A model generated the notes under the pieces. The model did not search any database and had not been told where the DNA came from. It was given only the letters and a program-made list of their open reading frames with translations. This document shows, one piece after another, positions 19,101 through 28,834 of a DNA stretch of 64,000 nt (position 1 is the stretch's first letter; each line of letters begins with the position of its first letter). Location: contig JACPJV010000006.1 in NCBI GenBank assembly GCA_016187395.1, positions 62,345 through 126,344 on the forward strand, in the 5' to 3' direction. Both the position numbers and the translations under genes were made by a program. The DNA is from Candidatus Aenigmatarchaeota archaeon. Its GTDB lineage: Archaea > Aenigmatarchaeota > Aenigmatarchaeia > GW2011-AR5 > JACRAC01.

Positions 19101-22100
19101 TAATTGCCGCACCCTTTCACTGGTATGGTTATTTCTGCAACGCCCCGGACTCCTCCGCCAAGCTCTGCTACTACAAACACCTTATGATCGCCGTCAACTG
19201 CAGTGCGCGACGGCGTTATGAAGAGCTCCATCTGCAAAGATTCCTGCGGCCCGAACTCTGCATTTATCTCCTGCAGAAAGTCGTTGCCGAATACAAACTC
19301 AGCTTCCCATCCGTCAGGAACATCAAATTCGACGTTCACGGGGCTTTGTGCCGCGAACTCCGGCGGATTTTCATTCTTCACGGTTATATCAAAGGCGACA
19401 GGCACACGCGGCCTTGCAGGAAGCGAATACCCTTCTGCAAGCTGCCAGCTAACAGAAGGGCGCAGGCTCTGGCTTATCACGTAGGATGAGCAGGCTTGCC
19501 CGCTTATTCCTGTGGTTTTTGCTGTAACGCACCAGTTTATTGAATCGCTTATCTGCGCGCCTGGCGGGGACGCAACTTCTACTTTGAACGACTGGCTGTC
19601 TCCTGAGGCTCCCTTTCTCTGCAACGATACTTCACTGGTATCTGCAGATATGCTCCATCCTGCAGGAATTTCTGACAGGCTTATATCCAATGTCAATGCC
19701 GTGTCTGCCAGGTTGTCTATGCGCACGTCATATTCTGCAGCTTCGCCTGCAGGGGCAAGCATGCGGCCGGGCACGATGGTTATGAGAGGAGCTCCTGGCT
19801 GGTATGCGTAGACCAGAGCTTCATAGTCTGATATCTGCGACAGCGATGAGGAATAAATAGCTCCGGATTCCGACCAGTATATGCGATTTGAATAAACTGC
19901 AATTGAGCTGATATGAGGCCTTCCTATTGCGATTGGAACATCTCCATTACTGCCGCCAGAAAGCGGGTCTGCCGGAGTGCCGTCGCCCGCTATCTTCACG
20001 ATTTTTCCCTTGCCTGTGCCTCCGTTAACTGCTGCGTAAATATCATCGCCAGCCACAAACACGTCATTTATTCCAGCCTTGTTTTTGTATAGAATTTCCT
20101 CAGAGCCGCCGTCTTTGGGGATGCGCTTTACTGAATCGTCCTCGGTATAATATACGAAACGGCTGTCCAGCGCAAGGCCTTTTGCTGACGCACTTGCAAA
20201 CAGGCAATTTGCACCCGCACAGTTCTGTGCGTTGGCATTCAAAACAACGCGCTTTATCTTTCCTCCGTCCAGCCAATATGCATTCTGGTTATCAACTGCC
20301 ACGTGGGTTGCATTGCCGATTCCTCTTGCCATGTCAGAGGGCGTGAATGCATTTTTTGCAGTCTTGCTTATTGCCCCGGCTGCTGCGAAGTATATATTAC
20401 CTGAATCAAGAGCTATGCCGCCCGGCAAGCTGCCTATTGAATAGTCTATCCCTGTTGCTCCGCCAGTGCTTACAGAGCGGAGCCTTCCTTCAGTTGTTGT
20501 GTAATATATGAAATTGTTCTGATCTGTTGCGATGAACAGCGCGTCTGCGGCTATCTCGCTGCTTACAGGTTCAGGCAGCGATTCTGATATCATCGCATAG
20601 CCTGTGTACGTGCCTATGGAGCCGCCTGTCGGGAATACGTTCATGATAAGCTCTTGCTGACCCTTGCTCAGGTCTACGGCGCCAACAGGCTCGCCTGCAG
20701 GCGTTTCAAAGTCAGACGTCCACCCTGAGCCAGGGGCTTCGCCTTGCAGCGCAAATAAATATGGCGCGCAGCCTTGCGGCACAGAGCTGTTTACAACAAG
20801 CGGGTATCCCCATTCGCGGAGCGAGGACTGACTGGCCGATGAAATCTTTGCGCGTATGTCTACGTCCGCATTATTCAGTGACTGGTGGTTCGTCTGCTTC
20901 ACTGTGGAGAATCCCTTGTTGTTAGTTATCCTCACAGATATAGGCCCTGGAGACGAGGACTGCATTGGAACCGCGACGGTGCTGTCAGGATTGACGACCA
21001 CGCTGGCAGCAGGCTCTATGGAAGCGCCTTCTCCTGATATTGCAACGAATCCTGCGCCTGCCTGCGGAGAAAGAACTTCAAGCAGGTATTCAGTAGAGCT
21101 GCTCTGGATTGCAGGCTCTGTGATTGTCAATGCAAACTCAGCTGGCACGCCTTCCGGTGAGCATACCGCGCTTTGGCTAGTAATTGCAGGAGGAGGCCTG
21201 TCCTGCGCTGAAATAACCTCAAGCCCGGGAGAGCTTACTTCAGAGGCAGGCTTTGCCAGGACAAGGTAATTGCCTGGCATTGGCACGACAAACCTGTGCG
21301 TGAACACTCCCTCTGCTCCTGTGAAGTTTGCCTGAATCGTGGAATTCTCAACTACTGTGCCGTTCTGGTCAATGACAATAATGTCAACGTCAGCAGTCTC
21401 AGGCACGATCGCGCCTTCAATTGTGTGGTATTCTGAAGGCAGGGGAAGCACGTGATCTAATTTGCCGACAAGCACCTGCCTTGTGCGGTCGTGCACGCCC
21501 AGAGAGCCGACAGTGTCAAGCTGCTCGCATTTGCCTTCAAAACCTGCGCCAAGCCCGGGCTGCCTGACTGACGAGCGCCGATATATGCTTTCGCCGCGCG
21601 TCAGCAGTTCGCGCATCTGGAAGAAGAACTGGGTCTGGTAGGAGCGCGCAAGCATCTCGTAAGGCCTTGCCCGCGTATCGCGAGTGCCGTAAACAGGCTG
21701 AGGCGGCAGCGGAGAGCCGGCAGGATAGCGCGTGCCGAACTGCAGCTCTGCTTTGTTCTGTAGCAGAGGGTCGAATGTCGCGGGCGTGTCTACAGACGGG
21801 TCGTATGCTAAAGGTTCGTCGGAGAATGAAACTTCAGAAGGCGCTGCAGAAATTGCGTAGAATACCGCAGCAGCTGTTCCTATTGCTATAAGTTCTCCAC
21901 TGCTGTCGTACGCAAACAGAGCTGCTTCTGCAGTTTCAGGGACGAATCCTGGCGGAGAAGTTCCTGAACATGTATTGCTCGTTTCATCTCCAAACAGTTC
22001 TTGAAAACATGCCTCTACTACGGTTTCGTCCTGCACCATTATGGCCTGGTATGAATAACTATCTACGCCAGTCACAGGCAGCCATTCTGCACGTATGGAG

Positions 22101-25100
22101 ACCGTTTCTTCACTTGTTCTGATATCGCGAAAAGCGCTAAGCCTTGTTATTTCTATTTTGCCTAAAGTTTCTTCGCCTAATATTGTCTTCGGAATTCCAT
22201 ACGGCATTGGGTCTACGCTAAAACTTGCCGCAGGCTCGCTCTGTCCGTCCGGAATGATATCTACCATGATCATCGTTGGATTTGATGTCTCGCCTGTTTC
22301 GATTACAGCAGTATTCTCTTCATCAGACATGTATATCGTTTCCGAATACCACTGATACCCCCCGGGATCGTTATAGTATACAACTGCGCTTGCTCCGCCT
22401 GGCTGGCCCCAGTAGAGATTTCTTATGATTATCCTGTCGCTGCCTTCCTCTGTGAATTCAACGCTTCCTAAAACTGAATTATACTTCCTATGAGCTTTTC
22501 CTGTATCCATTCCCAGCCTTGTTGTGGCTAATCTCTCATTTCCGCGCAGCGCGGTTATTTCTATGAGAAGCCTCTCAGGATCGCCGAGCGGAAGCTCCTC
22601 CAGAATTAACTGACCCTGTATCCATCTTTCATTCACGATCTGCGTATAATCCCGATGAATCCCTTTCGGTGTGCTCGTGCTCCATGAAAGATAGTGAACC
22701 TCGTAGCTGTCTGCCTGAGGGTGCGCTCCCCATTTGAAATCCAAATCATACCATTTTCCTGTTAGATCTCTGATAGTAATTCCTTTTTCATAGGTAATCT
22801 TGGTGATTTCAACATTTGGCCACTGCAATCCAGGAGGTGCTGGTTTGGCTGGCGGTACAGGTGGTGACGCAAGGCATGACTTCCACGCATCCCAGTAAGA
22901 CATTATGCCAGGAACGTATTCGCGGGTTTCTGCAGGAGCATCAGCACCTGTCCAGTCACATCCTCCGGAATTGTATCCTGCCAGGGAATTCCGAACGCTG
23001 CCTTCGCAGGCTTCCTTGCCGCTGACAGCTCCGCTAATCAGGGCATCAAAATATCTTACGCCGCATTTTATGTTATCTGCCGGTTCTCCCGGAAAAACGC
23101 CAATATCCTTGCAATACGTATCCCATGTAAGAGATATGGCCGGGTCATTGACTATCTGCATCAGGCCGTGTGCGTTTTTCGGGCTAATTGCATACGGGTT
23201 CCAGCTGCTTTCCCAGCTTATGATGGCTGCTATCAATGCTTTCTGTTCTGTCTCGTTTGTCACAACTTCTTTTAGATTATTCGCATTTTTCAATGCCTCT
23301 TCAATTGCTGTCTCGTAATTATTATAATCACCCCTCTGTTTTGTGCATACCTGCGAAGCAGGAACCCTACTGACTGGCGTGCCGCTGACCTGCGTAAGCT
23401 CCAATTCTGCTGCCCTGCACGTGCGTGTATCCGCTCCTTTGCCTGTAAGGAACGTGTCCATTTCGCCTGCAATCTGCTTTACTTTCTGGTTGTCCAGCGC
23501 TTCAGCAGCTGCGTTGCACTGGTCTACTTTGCCTGACAATGCTCTCCAGTCAGCCCTGTCCTTAAGCCGGTTTATGCATGAATTGAACTGGGTGCATTTT
23601 ATCTTCAGCTCGCTTATTGCGACGCTTTTGAGGTCCCTGGTGCAGTAATACGGATCTGTCAAGGGCTTTGTTGTGCTTACATGGTTTAGGTCGTCGCAGG
23701 AGATGCGGCATTCTCCTTTCACTTCATTTTCTTCTACCTTAAGGCATAACCGCGTATTGTGATCTCTCTGAAAGTCAGGGCTCAGGCATACTTCACACGT
23801 AAGCGTTCCTTCCTGCTCCAGATCTGCAAAAACCTTGTTTTTCTCTATTCCAGTCTGCGTTTCTACCTTAATCCTTTCTCTAACAACAGCAGTGTCTGAT
23901 ATTATCTTTGCGATCTCGCAGCGCTCCCTGTCTCCTCCTGTCACGACTTTCTCTGCCTTGCCTTTGCCTTCTACTGTCTGTCCTTCTCTAGGTGATTGAT
24001 CCAAAGGCACGCATTCCCTGACAACCCTTCCGTCGCTTTTCCAGACCACGTGCGTGCCCCTTGCTTCGACGCATTTCAGGCAATCGCTGCCGAGCTTTGC
24101 AAATTCAGCAGCACTCCACTGCTTTGACAACTCAGACTGGCTTAATCCGCATGAGTTGGCAGAAGAATATTGCTCTGTCGTGATCTCGACCTCGCCGGCA
24201 CTGCATGAATCTGATGACAAGACGCATCTTCCCAGGCCTGTTTTTGGAATGTTTCCACCGCCTGGCAGAGGAACGTAGACGCCGCTGACTCCGGATATCT
24301 GGCCGTTCAATTCCTTGATCGGCGTTGCGCACCACTTGCCCGGAACGATCGGGAATGTAGATGAACACTGCTCTCTGGACGTGACTGATGATTTTCCTTG
24401 CGGGCATATCGGATCTGTCCTTACTGTCTGACCATTTTCAATATACTCACATTTTTTATTGAGAATTGATCCGTCATCGTCTCTGTCGCATATCGGAGTT
24501 GTTACTCTCCTGTCTGTATTATCCACACACGCTATTCCGAACTTATCGACGCTGCTTAGGCACGATGCCAAGGCTCTTGCATTATCCGGGCTTCTTGTCA
24601 GGCATTCGTCGCATGTCTGGGATTGCGACGCTATGGCGCGCTGCGCTGCAGTCCTTCTTTGCGCAGCTTCGTCCTGGATCTGCTCGACCATGCCTGCCAT
24701 TGTGTCCATGAATGACCAGAAGCCTGCGTTTGCCCAGTAAATGTCAAACTTAGACGGCTTCTGGCACGATTCTGCCGCAAGGCTGTAATCTGCAAGGTCG
24801 TAAAGCTGAGTGCTGTGAGCCATTGGCAGGGAGTCGAAGGTCCACCACGTGAATATAATGAACCTGATCTTGCAGAACTGGAAATTGATTCCAAAGAATT
24901 CCTTGATAGGAGTGTTGGCTGTGCAATATTGGGTAGGCACGAGGTCTTTCTGCTCTTGCTGGATCTCTCCTACCGCTACTTTTTTATCCAATTCAAGGTT
25001 ATGGTTTCGCTGCGCGTCTTCTATGGCCTGTATGTAGAGGAAACCGAAAACGCCCTGGAACAGCCTTTGCATGGCTCCGCCGCCACCGAATGCTTCTGTG

Positions 25101-27037
25101 AGCCATCCGTGCACAGAAGATGCGAGAATCGTGGCAAATAATTCATTCTGGTTTATAGATGCAGGGACGTACATATCAACAGTAGGTGGTGCCGGCACAA
25201 CTCCCAGCTTGTCCCTGGACCAGTTGTTCACGCTGTCCAGCGCTTTTGAAAAGCCTTCCAGCATCGTGCCTGATGCAGGCAGCAGCGCCCACGTAGGCTT
25301 GTTGCTGCAGTCATTTCCGATGCAGGGCTCGCACGTGCCGTCTATCTGGTATATGCATAAAGGCTTTGTGCCGCCGCTGCTTTTGAATGTGCGCCTGCTG
25401 ATCGCGCCCTTGACTTCAATTTCCTCGCCTGCGAATGTTGCTGTTGGGGTTACGTTGAAATCTGCTATGAGCATCGTATCAGGAAACGGGTCTATTTCCC
25501 TTAGAACAGGCGAGCCTGTGTAATTGAATTCCAGCCGCAGGACGCGCGCATTCACAGGCACAGACGAGAAATCAAAATATTGCACAAACTCCTTTTGCCC
25601 TGTGCCAAGCTTCTTGTTTACTTCGAATGTCTTGAGTCCTGCGGTAATCTTTGTCAGCGTGATATTATCATTCCTATCCCATGTTTCTAATGAAAGGCCG
25701 AAATGCGGATAATCCTGATCAAATTCTATTGTGCAAAATGCCTGCTTTGCTTTGGCAGACGTTGCGTTAGGCTGCTGATCTGCTTCCTGACCAGATGCCT
25801 CTCTTCCTGGCGGAGCTGTTCCTGGCTGGCCTGTGCCAGGGTTTGGTATAAGGGAGGGTGTTGCAAACTGCGGTAGTGGTGCAGATTCATCGGACGGTGC
25901 AAACTGGAAATAGGAATCCCTGTCCAGGTCAACCAAATGCCACGGGTTCTGGAATGAAATTCCCTGCTGCCTGGAGCGCGGCTCTGCAGGCGGCGCACAC
26001 TGTATGCTCCTGATGCTGATGGGTTTCGGCCCTTCTGTTGGCGGGGAGAATTGCGGCGGCTCGGGCAACAAAGGCTGCTCGCATCTCAGCGTGTCAGGCA
26101 TTGTATAGAATCTGGATAATGTATCATAGGACTGCAGGGATGGCTGGGGTATATATCCCGGCGTGCCCGGATAAAGAGGAGGGTAACTGCTTCCCAACGT
26201 CTGCTGCAAAACCCCGAATATGCGAAGCTGGCTCGGGTAGGGAACAATCCTGTACTCTATCGGAAGCGTGAAATCATTTTGTTCAATTACACTTTTTGGT
26301 ATGAATACGTTTGCTGAAAAAGGGCCTTCGCCGAACGCGGTTGTGCCGCTCACAGAGCCTGGCTGGCCAAATCCCGCGCTGCCAAGCCCGAAGCCGCTGA
26401 GACCTGACTGGGCCGCGCCCAGCTGTCCTGATCCCCTTACATTAACCTGCAATGCCTGCCCTCCGAACCACAGGCCGCGCACTGTTGCAATGTAATAATT
26501 CTGCCCTCCGACCGGCCTGCATTCTTTTTCCACAGGAAGGATGAAGAATAGTCCGAGATCGCGTATGTCATTCCATATGTCGTCTTCAAATTTGTAGCAA
26601 GCGCAAACCAGGGAGGATGTTCCGCACGCCACCTCTGGAAACGGCTCGGCATCTGTGACATACCCTCCGCTGCTGACCTGGTTCGCAGGCGTGCACGTCC
26701 CTCCTCCCTGCGGATAAACGTTTTTCTTGCAGAAGGAGTTGCACGCCAGGTCGCGGCTTATCTCGCAGTAACAGAAAGGCTTTTCCCTTGCGCACAGGGT
26801 AGCATCAGGGTGAAGCTGCTTTGCACCCACGTAATCCCTGGCATCGCTGCAGGAGCCGCCAACACCATAGAGCTGCTGGCAGCCTGTGCCGCACTTTTCG
26901 TCTCCAGGCGGCTGGGCGGCTGGCTGGGCGTATATTGGGGTGCCTAGAAGGAAAAATGCTAATATGACTAACAGCAGCGCTTTTGCAAAACGCATAGTAT
27001 TATTAGAAACCGGGTATAAAAATAGGTTTTCAGACAA
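16121..27037 (-). CDS. giant cell-surface protein (3,638 aa) with SLT lytic-transglycosylase domain, YWTD-like beta-propeller, CARDB/Ig-like repeats, discoidin (F5/8 type C) domain and C-terminal TM anchor
   Basis: Uninterrupted 10.9-kb ORF. N-terminal signal peptide (MRFAKALLLVILAFFLLGTPIYA). Cys-rich N-terminal modules. SLT signature ES-x-WNPYAIS-x5-GLMQ near aa 1275-1295 (nt ~22870-23290). Repeated YWTD/NHL-like blades ending RIYWSE (aa ~2165-2400). FGPTLAIDSDPSTFWESP discoidin domain (aa ~3460-3586). C-terminal hydrophobic helix then basic tail REKIRLWIEYKRS. Confidence 0.85.
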   Translation of the reverse strand: MSENLFLYPVSNNTMRFAKALLLVILAFFLLGTPIYAQPAAQPPGDEKCGTGCQQLYGVGGSCSDARDYVGAKQLHPDATLCAREKPFCYCEISRDLACNSFCKKNVYPQGGGTCTPANQVSSGGYVTDAEPFPEVACGTSSLVCACYKFEDDIWNDIRDLGLFFILPVEKECRPVGGQNYYIATVRGLWFGGQALQVNVRGSGQLGAAQSGLSGFGLGSAGFGQPGSVSGTTAFGEGPFSANVFIPKSVIEQNDFTLPIEYRIVPYPSQLRIFGVLQQTLGSSYPPLYPGTPGYIPQPSLQSYDTLSRFYTMPDTLRCEQPLLPEPPQFSPPTEGPKPISIRSIQCAPPAEPRSRQQGISFQNPWHLVDLDRDSYFQFAPSDESAPLPQFATPSLIPNPGTGQPGTAPPGREASGQEADQQPNATSAKAKQAFCTIEFDQDYPHFGLSLETWDRNDNITLTKITAGLKTFEVNKKLGTGQKEFVQYFDFSSVPVNARVLRLEFNYTGSPVLREIDPFPDTMLIADFNVTPTATFAGEEIEVKGAISRRTFKSSGGTKPLCIYQIDGTCEPCIGNDCSNKPTWALLPASGTMLEGFSKALDSVNNWSRDKLGVVPAPPTVDMYVPASINQNELFATILASSVHGWLTEAFGGGGAMQRLFQGVFGFLYIQAIEDAQRNHNLELDKKVAVGEIQQEQKDLVPTQYCTANTPIKEFFGINFQFCKIRFIIFTWWTFDSLPMAHSTQLYDLADYSLAAESCQKPSKFDIYWANAGFWSFMDTMAGMVEQIQDEAAQRRTAAQRAIASQSQTCDECLTRSPDNARALASCLSSVDKFGIACVDNTDRRVTTPICDRDDDGSILNKKCEYIENGQTVRTDPICPQGKSSVTSREQCSSTFPIVPGKWCATPIKELNGQISGVSGVYVPLPGGGNIPKTGLGRCVLSSDSCSAGEVEITTEQYSSANSCGLSQSELSKQWSAAEFAKLGSDCLKCVEARGTHVVWKSDGRVVRECVPLDQSPREGQTVEGKGKAEKVVTGGDRERCEIAKIISDTAVVRERIKVETQTGIEKNKVFADLEQEGTLTCEVCLSPDFQRDHNTRLCLKVEENEVKGECRISCDDLNHVSTTKPLTDPYYCTRDLKSVAISELKIKCTQFNSCINRLKDRADWRALSGKVDQCNAAAEALDNQKVKQIAGEMDTFLTGKGADTRTCRAAELELTQVSGTPVSRVPASQVCTKQRGDYNNYETAIEEALKNANNLKEVVTNETEQKALIAAIISWESSWNPYAISPKNAHGLMQIVNDPAISLTWDTYCKDIGVFPGEPADNIKCGVRYFDALISGAVSGKEACEGSVRNSLAGYNSGGCDWTGADAPAETREYVPGIMSYWDAWKSCLASPPVPPAKPAPPGLQWPNVEITKITYEKGITIRDLTGKWYDLDFKWGAHPQADSYEVHYLSWSTSTPKGIHRDYTQIVNERWIQGQLILEELPLGDPERLLIEITALRGNERLATTRLGMDTGKAHRKYNSVLGSVEFTEEGSDRIIIRNLYWGQPGGASAVVYYNDPGGYQWYSETIYMSDEENTAVIETGETSNPTMIMVDIIPDGQSEPAASFSVDPMPYGIPKTILGEETLGKIEITRLSAFRDIRTSEETVSIRAEWLPVTGVDSYSYQAIMVQDETVVEACFQELFGDETSNTCSGTSPPGFVPETAEAALFAYDSSGELIAIGTAAAVFYAISAAPSEVSFSDEPLAYDPSVDTPATFDPLLQNKAELQFGTRYPAGSPLPPQPVYGTRDTRARPYEMLARSYQTQFFFQMRELLTRGESIYRRSSVRQPGLGAGFEGKCEQLDTVGSLGVHDRTRQVLVGKLDHVLPLPSEYHTIEGAIVPETADVDIIVIDQNGTVVENSTIQANFTGAEGVFTHRFVVPMPGNYLVLAKPASEVSSPGLEVISAQDRPPPAITSQSAVCSPEGVPAEFALTITEPAIQSSSTEYLLEVLSPQAGAGFVAISGEGASIEPAASVVVNPDSTVAVPMQSSSPGPISVRITNNKGFSTVKQTNHQSLNNADVDIRAKISSASQSSLREWGYPLVVNSSVPQGCAPYLFALQGEAPGSGWTSDFETPAGEPVGAVDLSKGQQELIMNVFPTGGSIGTYTGYAMISESLPEPVSSEIAADALFIATDQNNFIYYTTTEGRLRSVSTGGATGIDYSIGSLPGGIALDSGNIYFAAAGAISKTAKNAFTPSDMARGIGNATHVAVDNQNAYWLDGGKIKRVVLNANAQNCAGANCLFASASAKGLALDSRFVYYTEDDSVKRIPKDGGSEEILYKNKAGINDVFVAGDDIYAAVNGGTGKGKIVKIAGDGTPADPLSGGSNGDVPIAIGRPHISSIAVYSNRIYWSESGAIYSSSLSQISDYEALVYAYQPGAPLITIVPGRMLAPAGEAAEYDVRIDNLADTALTLDISLSEIPAGWSISADTSEVSLQRKGASGDSQSFKVEVASPPGAQISDSINWCVTAKTTGISGQACSSYVISQSLRPSVSWQLAEGYSLPARPRVPVAFDITVKNENPPEFAAQSPVNVEFDVPDGWEAEFVFGNDFLQEINAEFGPQESLQMELFITPSRTAVDGDHKVFVVAELGGGVRGVAEITIPVKGCGNYVCEPERGETSQSCAADCSFNAGIFKCPVFGSGAGFDYYTCMQPKDNTTEMSVDIALEQTLFGQEVRACRRGATPEQCLASQCGITRTGISGTLKDCAAELDPTGRGVFGDNYNNEVACPTDVEDDIYFYIRGEDVTGTNIQSYRSVNYSFACPFYNLERLASAASRWSSIVQNCPSVVARRISEGERVCADILKEACAWREDHLQLLDAALLNPSKSSIESLLEDTESLEERIQARIATSCIGIPGLEILGIVPPGTFVGETAKISMSVANSFGEDYRGFASCEVARSDGTMVEPKSSCTLFRSGETPVEIPIFLDSAGTWTINSCTVHGDLASAISEQECEQAPEFSSKNVGMSFTVTAPETSIVSPREGAVLSGTASVEAVIRGTFDEIDFSVSANSRQCAGAPLFSMQAEGSGDKKTYTAAWNTASFADKSYWLCVIAKAGTTSTFLGSVFVAVNNYDFLLQPSSEQKTVSAPVDHEITITNTGFSDSYSISCTSNASATLQAGSSTKQCGAGQIQASIQTGNSLVAKISLPKRTSLTTLTVINNQSEQKQSILIITEGQGNLAPAIANARAEPSSVQQGGSVKFYAELRDAESDNITRAEACLDSICSEKLCTMSRDGAGYSCTAAVGKNPGSYTWYVSARDSAGSSSTSAVQQLVVTPPGGGCAYTCLPSCTDNVQLCLDREQREGTCTAGTVCCRENTMPACTPSQEGCGITIEKSTCVFDPVKQKYVASVQAVRTGGNYTVISVSGVQSQRLYAESMSYQADFSDSDPKSISIGVYGSTYSEPLICSETGTIICGGAQDFYEPAGLSLSIANAFAKSSAAGFGPTLAIDSDPSTFWESPLPAWIKVDLSQEMSVNGIGIYSQIDRPRSFSIEVSKDDSTYLEVADVDNAQYERDWNVTYFGPATARWVRINIDEAERADRSIVKIFELRVYGTRIGLAGDQGAGGAAQGEFPWALAAVIAIVIIVVIVILINREKIRLWIEYKRS

Positions 27038-27105
27038 TCTTCTTTTCAGACCACCGTGGGCTCAAAGATAGAATTTTTCAGTCTGGATTACTGATTTGGT
27101 TCACA

Positions 27106-28041
27106 TTATCTGGCGTCATGGAGTCTTGCTTGCGATGTTGAATCATCAGAATAGCTGTCCCATATTTCACGGTATGGGTTGTATAGAATGCTGAACTTGT
27201 GCGGAAGCTCTCCGCCACATGGATTTGAGGTTCTTTCACTGTATGGGATTTGCGGCATGACAAACCAGCATTCATTGCTTAAAGCTTCTATTTCTTCAAG
27301 TTTCAGATAGTCTTCGGCAGAAAATACCCCTCTGCCGGGGTCGAAGACCTTGTCCTTGTATCTCACAATTCCATGATTATAAGCAGGGACATCTGGTTCG
27401 CCCACCGCTACTCTAACTCTCACACCACAAAAAAGCGGGACTGGGAAATATTTCCTAAAATTTTCCCGCCTTTTTTCCATAGGATCGCTCATGGAAGAAT
27501 ATTCTACTTCCATGGCGCTTGGAAACGGATAGACATACGCAAAAGTTCCCTCGGGGTAAAATTTAAGTCCATCATACCCAAGCATATCCAGGCATACCTG
27601 GCCGCAGATCCCTCTATTTCCCTGGGAGCGATGTTGAATATGAAAATTCCTGGCTGCTGCCATCTCTAGCTGGAGTTCAGCATGCTCCACAGCTTCCTTT
27701 ACCTCTTTTGAGGTAAGTGCTTCGTAAAGATTCCCTTCGGATAATGCTTCTGGAAAAAGTCTTTCTCTATGAATGAGTGCACTGGAGAATTCATCTATCA
27801 CTATATCAGCACATTCAAAATGCTGCCTGGCTTCGGCAACTTCAGGCACGCTATCCGCGGTTTCCATTGCAGGGAGCGCAGGCGGCGGTGTTCTATTCCT
27901 GCGCCAGCCGCTATAAATCTCGCTGGCAAATCCTGCCGTCCATAGCGCTGCTACTACTGCCGCTGCGCCCAGAAGAATCCTTCTTCCACGGAACCTTTCA
28001 GGCTCTATTCTTTCAACGTGCATAAAATTATGAAGCCGCAA
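27106..28041 (-). CDS. type-II membrane-anchored protein (311 aa), hypothetical
   Basis: N-terminal TM helix (ILLGAAAVVAALWTAGFAS), then soluble domain. Sits between the pilin-like genes and the giant gene. Confidence 0.4.
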   Translation of the reverse strand: MRLHNFMHVERIEPERFRGRRILLGAAAVVAALWTAGFASEIYSGWRRNRTPPPALPAMETADSVPEVAEARQHFECADIVIDEFSSALIHRERLFPEALSEGNLYEALTSKEVKEAVEHAELQLEMAAARNFHIQHRSQGNRGICGQVCLDMLGYDGLKFYPEGTFAYVYPFPSAMEVEYSSMSDPMEKRRENFRKYFPVPLFCGVRVRVAVGEPDVPAYNHGIVRYKDKVFDPGRGVFSAEDYLKLEEIEALSNECWFVMPQIPYSERTSNPCGGELPHKFSILYNPYREIWDSYSDDSTSQARLHDAR

Positions 28042-28057
28042 AGGATAAAAAGATCAA

Positions 28058-28216
28058 TCACCCCCAGATGTTGGTCAGCCAGTCAAAATTGGCGCCTGAG
28101 AATCCTCCCGGATTTATTATGCCTGAACTGTAGAGAAAGTAAACCATCAGTATGACAAGCACGAATATTAACACTGCAAGAAGCCAGTCAAATTCAAGAA
28201 TGCTTCCCTTTGCCAT
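28058..28216 (-). CDS. small membrane protein, pilin-like candidate (~52 aa)
   Basis: MAKGSILEFDWLLAVLIFVLVILMVYFLYSS: short charged N-terminus with K-G, then a hydrophobic helix. Below the ORF cutoff. Confidence 0.3.
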   Translation of the reverse strand: MAKGSILEFDWLLAVLIFVLVILMVYFLYSSGIINPGGFSGANFDWLTNIWG

Positions 28217-28224
28217 TTTAGCAC

Positions 28225-28344
28225 CTATACAATCAAGCCAGGAACGCTTTGCTTTGCGCTTATGACAAGCGATATCCCTATGACTATAAATATCGCTATT
28301 ATGAAAAGCAGCAAGATTATCAGAAATCCCGTGGCGCCTTTCAT
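28225..28344 (-). CDS. small pilin-like protein with class-III signal-peptide candidate (~39 aa)
   Basis: MKGATGFLIILLLFIIAIFIVIGISLVISAKQSVPGLIV: K-G-A-T then a hydrophobic stretch, matching the [KR][GA][ALIFQMVED][ILMVTAS] prepilin pattern. Confidence 0.35.
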   Translation of the reverse strand: MKGATGFLIILLLFIIAIFIVIGISLVISAKQSVPGLIV

Positions 28345-28438
28345 GATATTACTTAGATGCGTTTGTTATAAATGATTTTAGTGAGGCTCAAGGCATTGTT
28401 CCTTGCGTGCTGTAAAGGAATGACGAATCATCGTGCGG

Positions 28439-28834
28439 TCACAACATCTCTTTTATTTCCTCCCTGCTCAGGAGGTTGCGGTGCTTCTGGTCGTCCCAGA
28501 ACTTGCGGACCGCAAAATAGAAGTATTCGTAGAGTGCAGGAATGTCCTTTGCGAGAATTACCACGCCCCTGTCCATGATTTCCGCGCGGATGTAGAGCGG
28601 CAGGTTTTCAAAAATACGCACATCGTACTTTCCGCCAAGCCTCTGCCACACCCTGCTCAGGAGCGCATTCCTGTCTTTGCACTCCGGCGCAACTATCGTG
28701 ACATCTATGTCGCTTCTGGGAGTCGCCTCTCCTGTTGCGTGCGAGCCGAAAAGCATCACTGCCATGATTTCCCTATCCTTTTCCAGAAACGCGAAATCCT
28801 TCTTCAGGATACTCACAATCTTTTTTTCAGCCAT
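28439..28834 (-). CDS. minimal nucleotidyltransferase (MNT, MntA-like antitoxin)
   Basis: GSHATGEATPRSDIDV (GS...D.D) nucleotidyltransferase motif. Overlaps the HEPN gene by 22 nt. Confidence 0.7.
   Translation of the reverse strand: MAEKKIVSILKKDFAFLEKDREIMAVMLFGSHATGEATPRSDIDVTIVAPECKDRNALLSRVWQRLGGKYDVRIFENLPLYIRAEIMDRGVVILAKDIPALYEYFYFAVRKFWDDQKHRNLLSREEIKEML

Noticed and set aside
16198-26661. Dozens of 60-150-aa plus-strand and off-frame ORFs inside the giant gene
   Set aside because: All are embedded in the uninterrupted 10.9-kb reading frame, whose translation shows coherent domains. Alternative-frame products are low-complexity.
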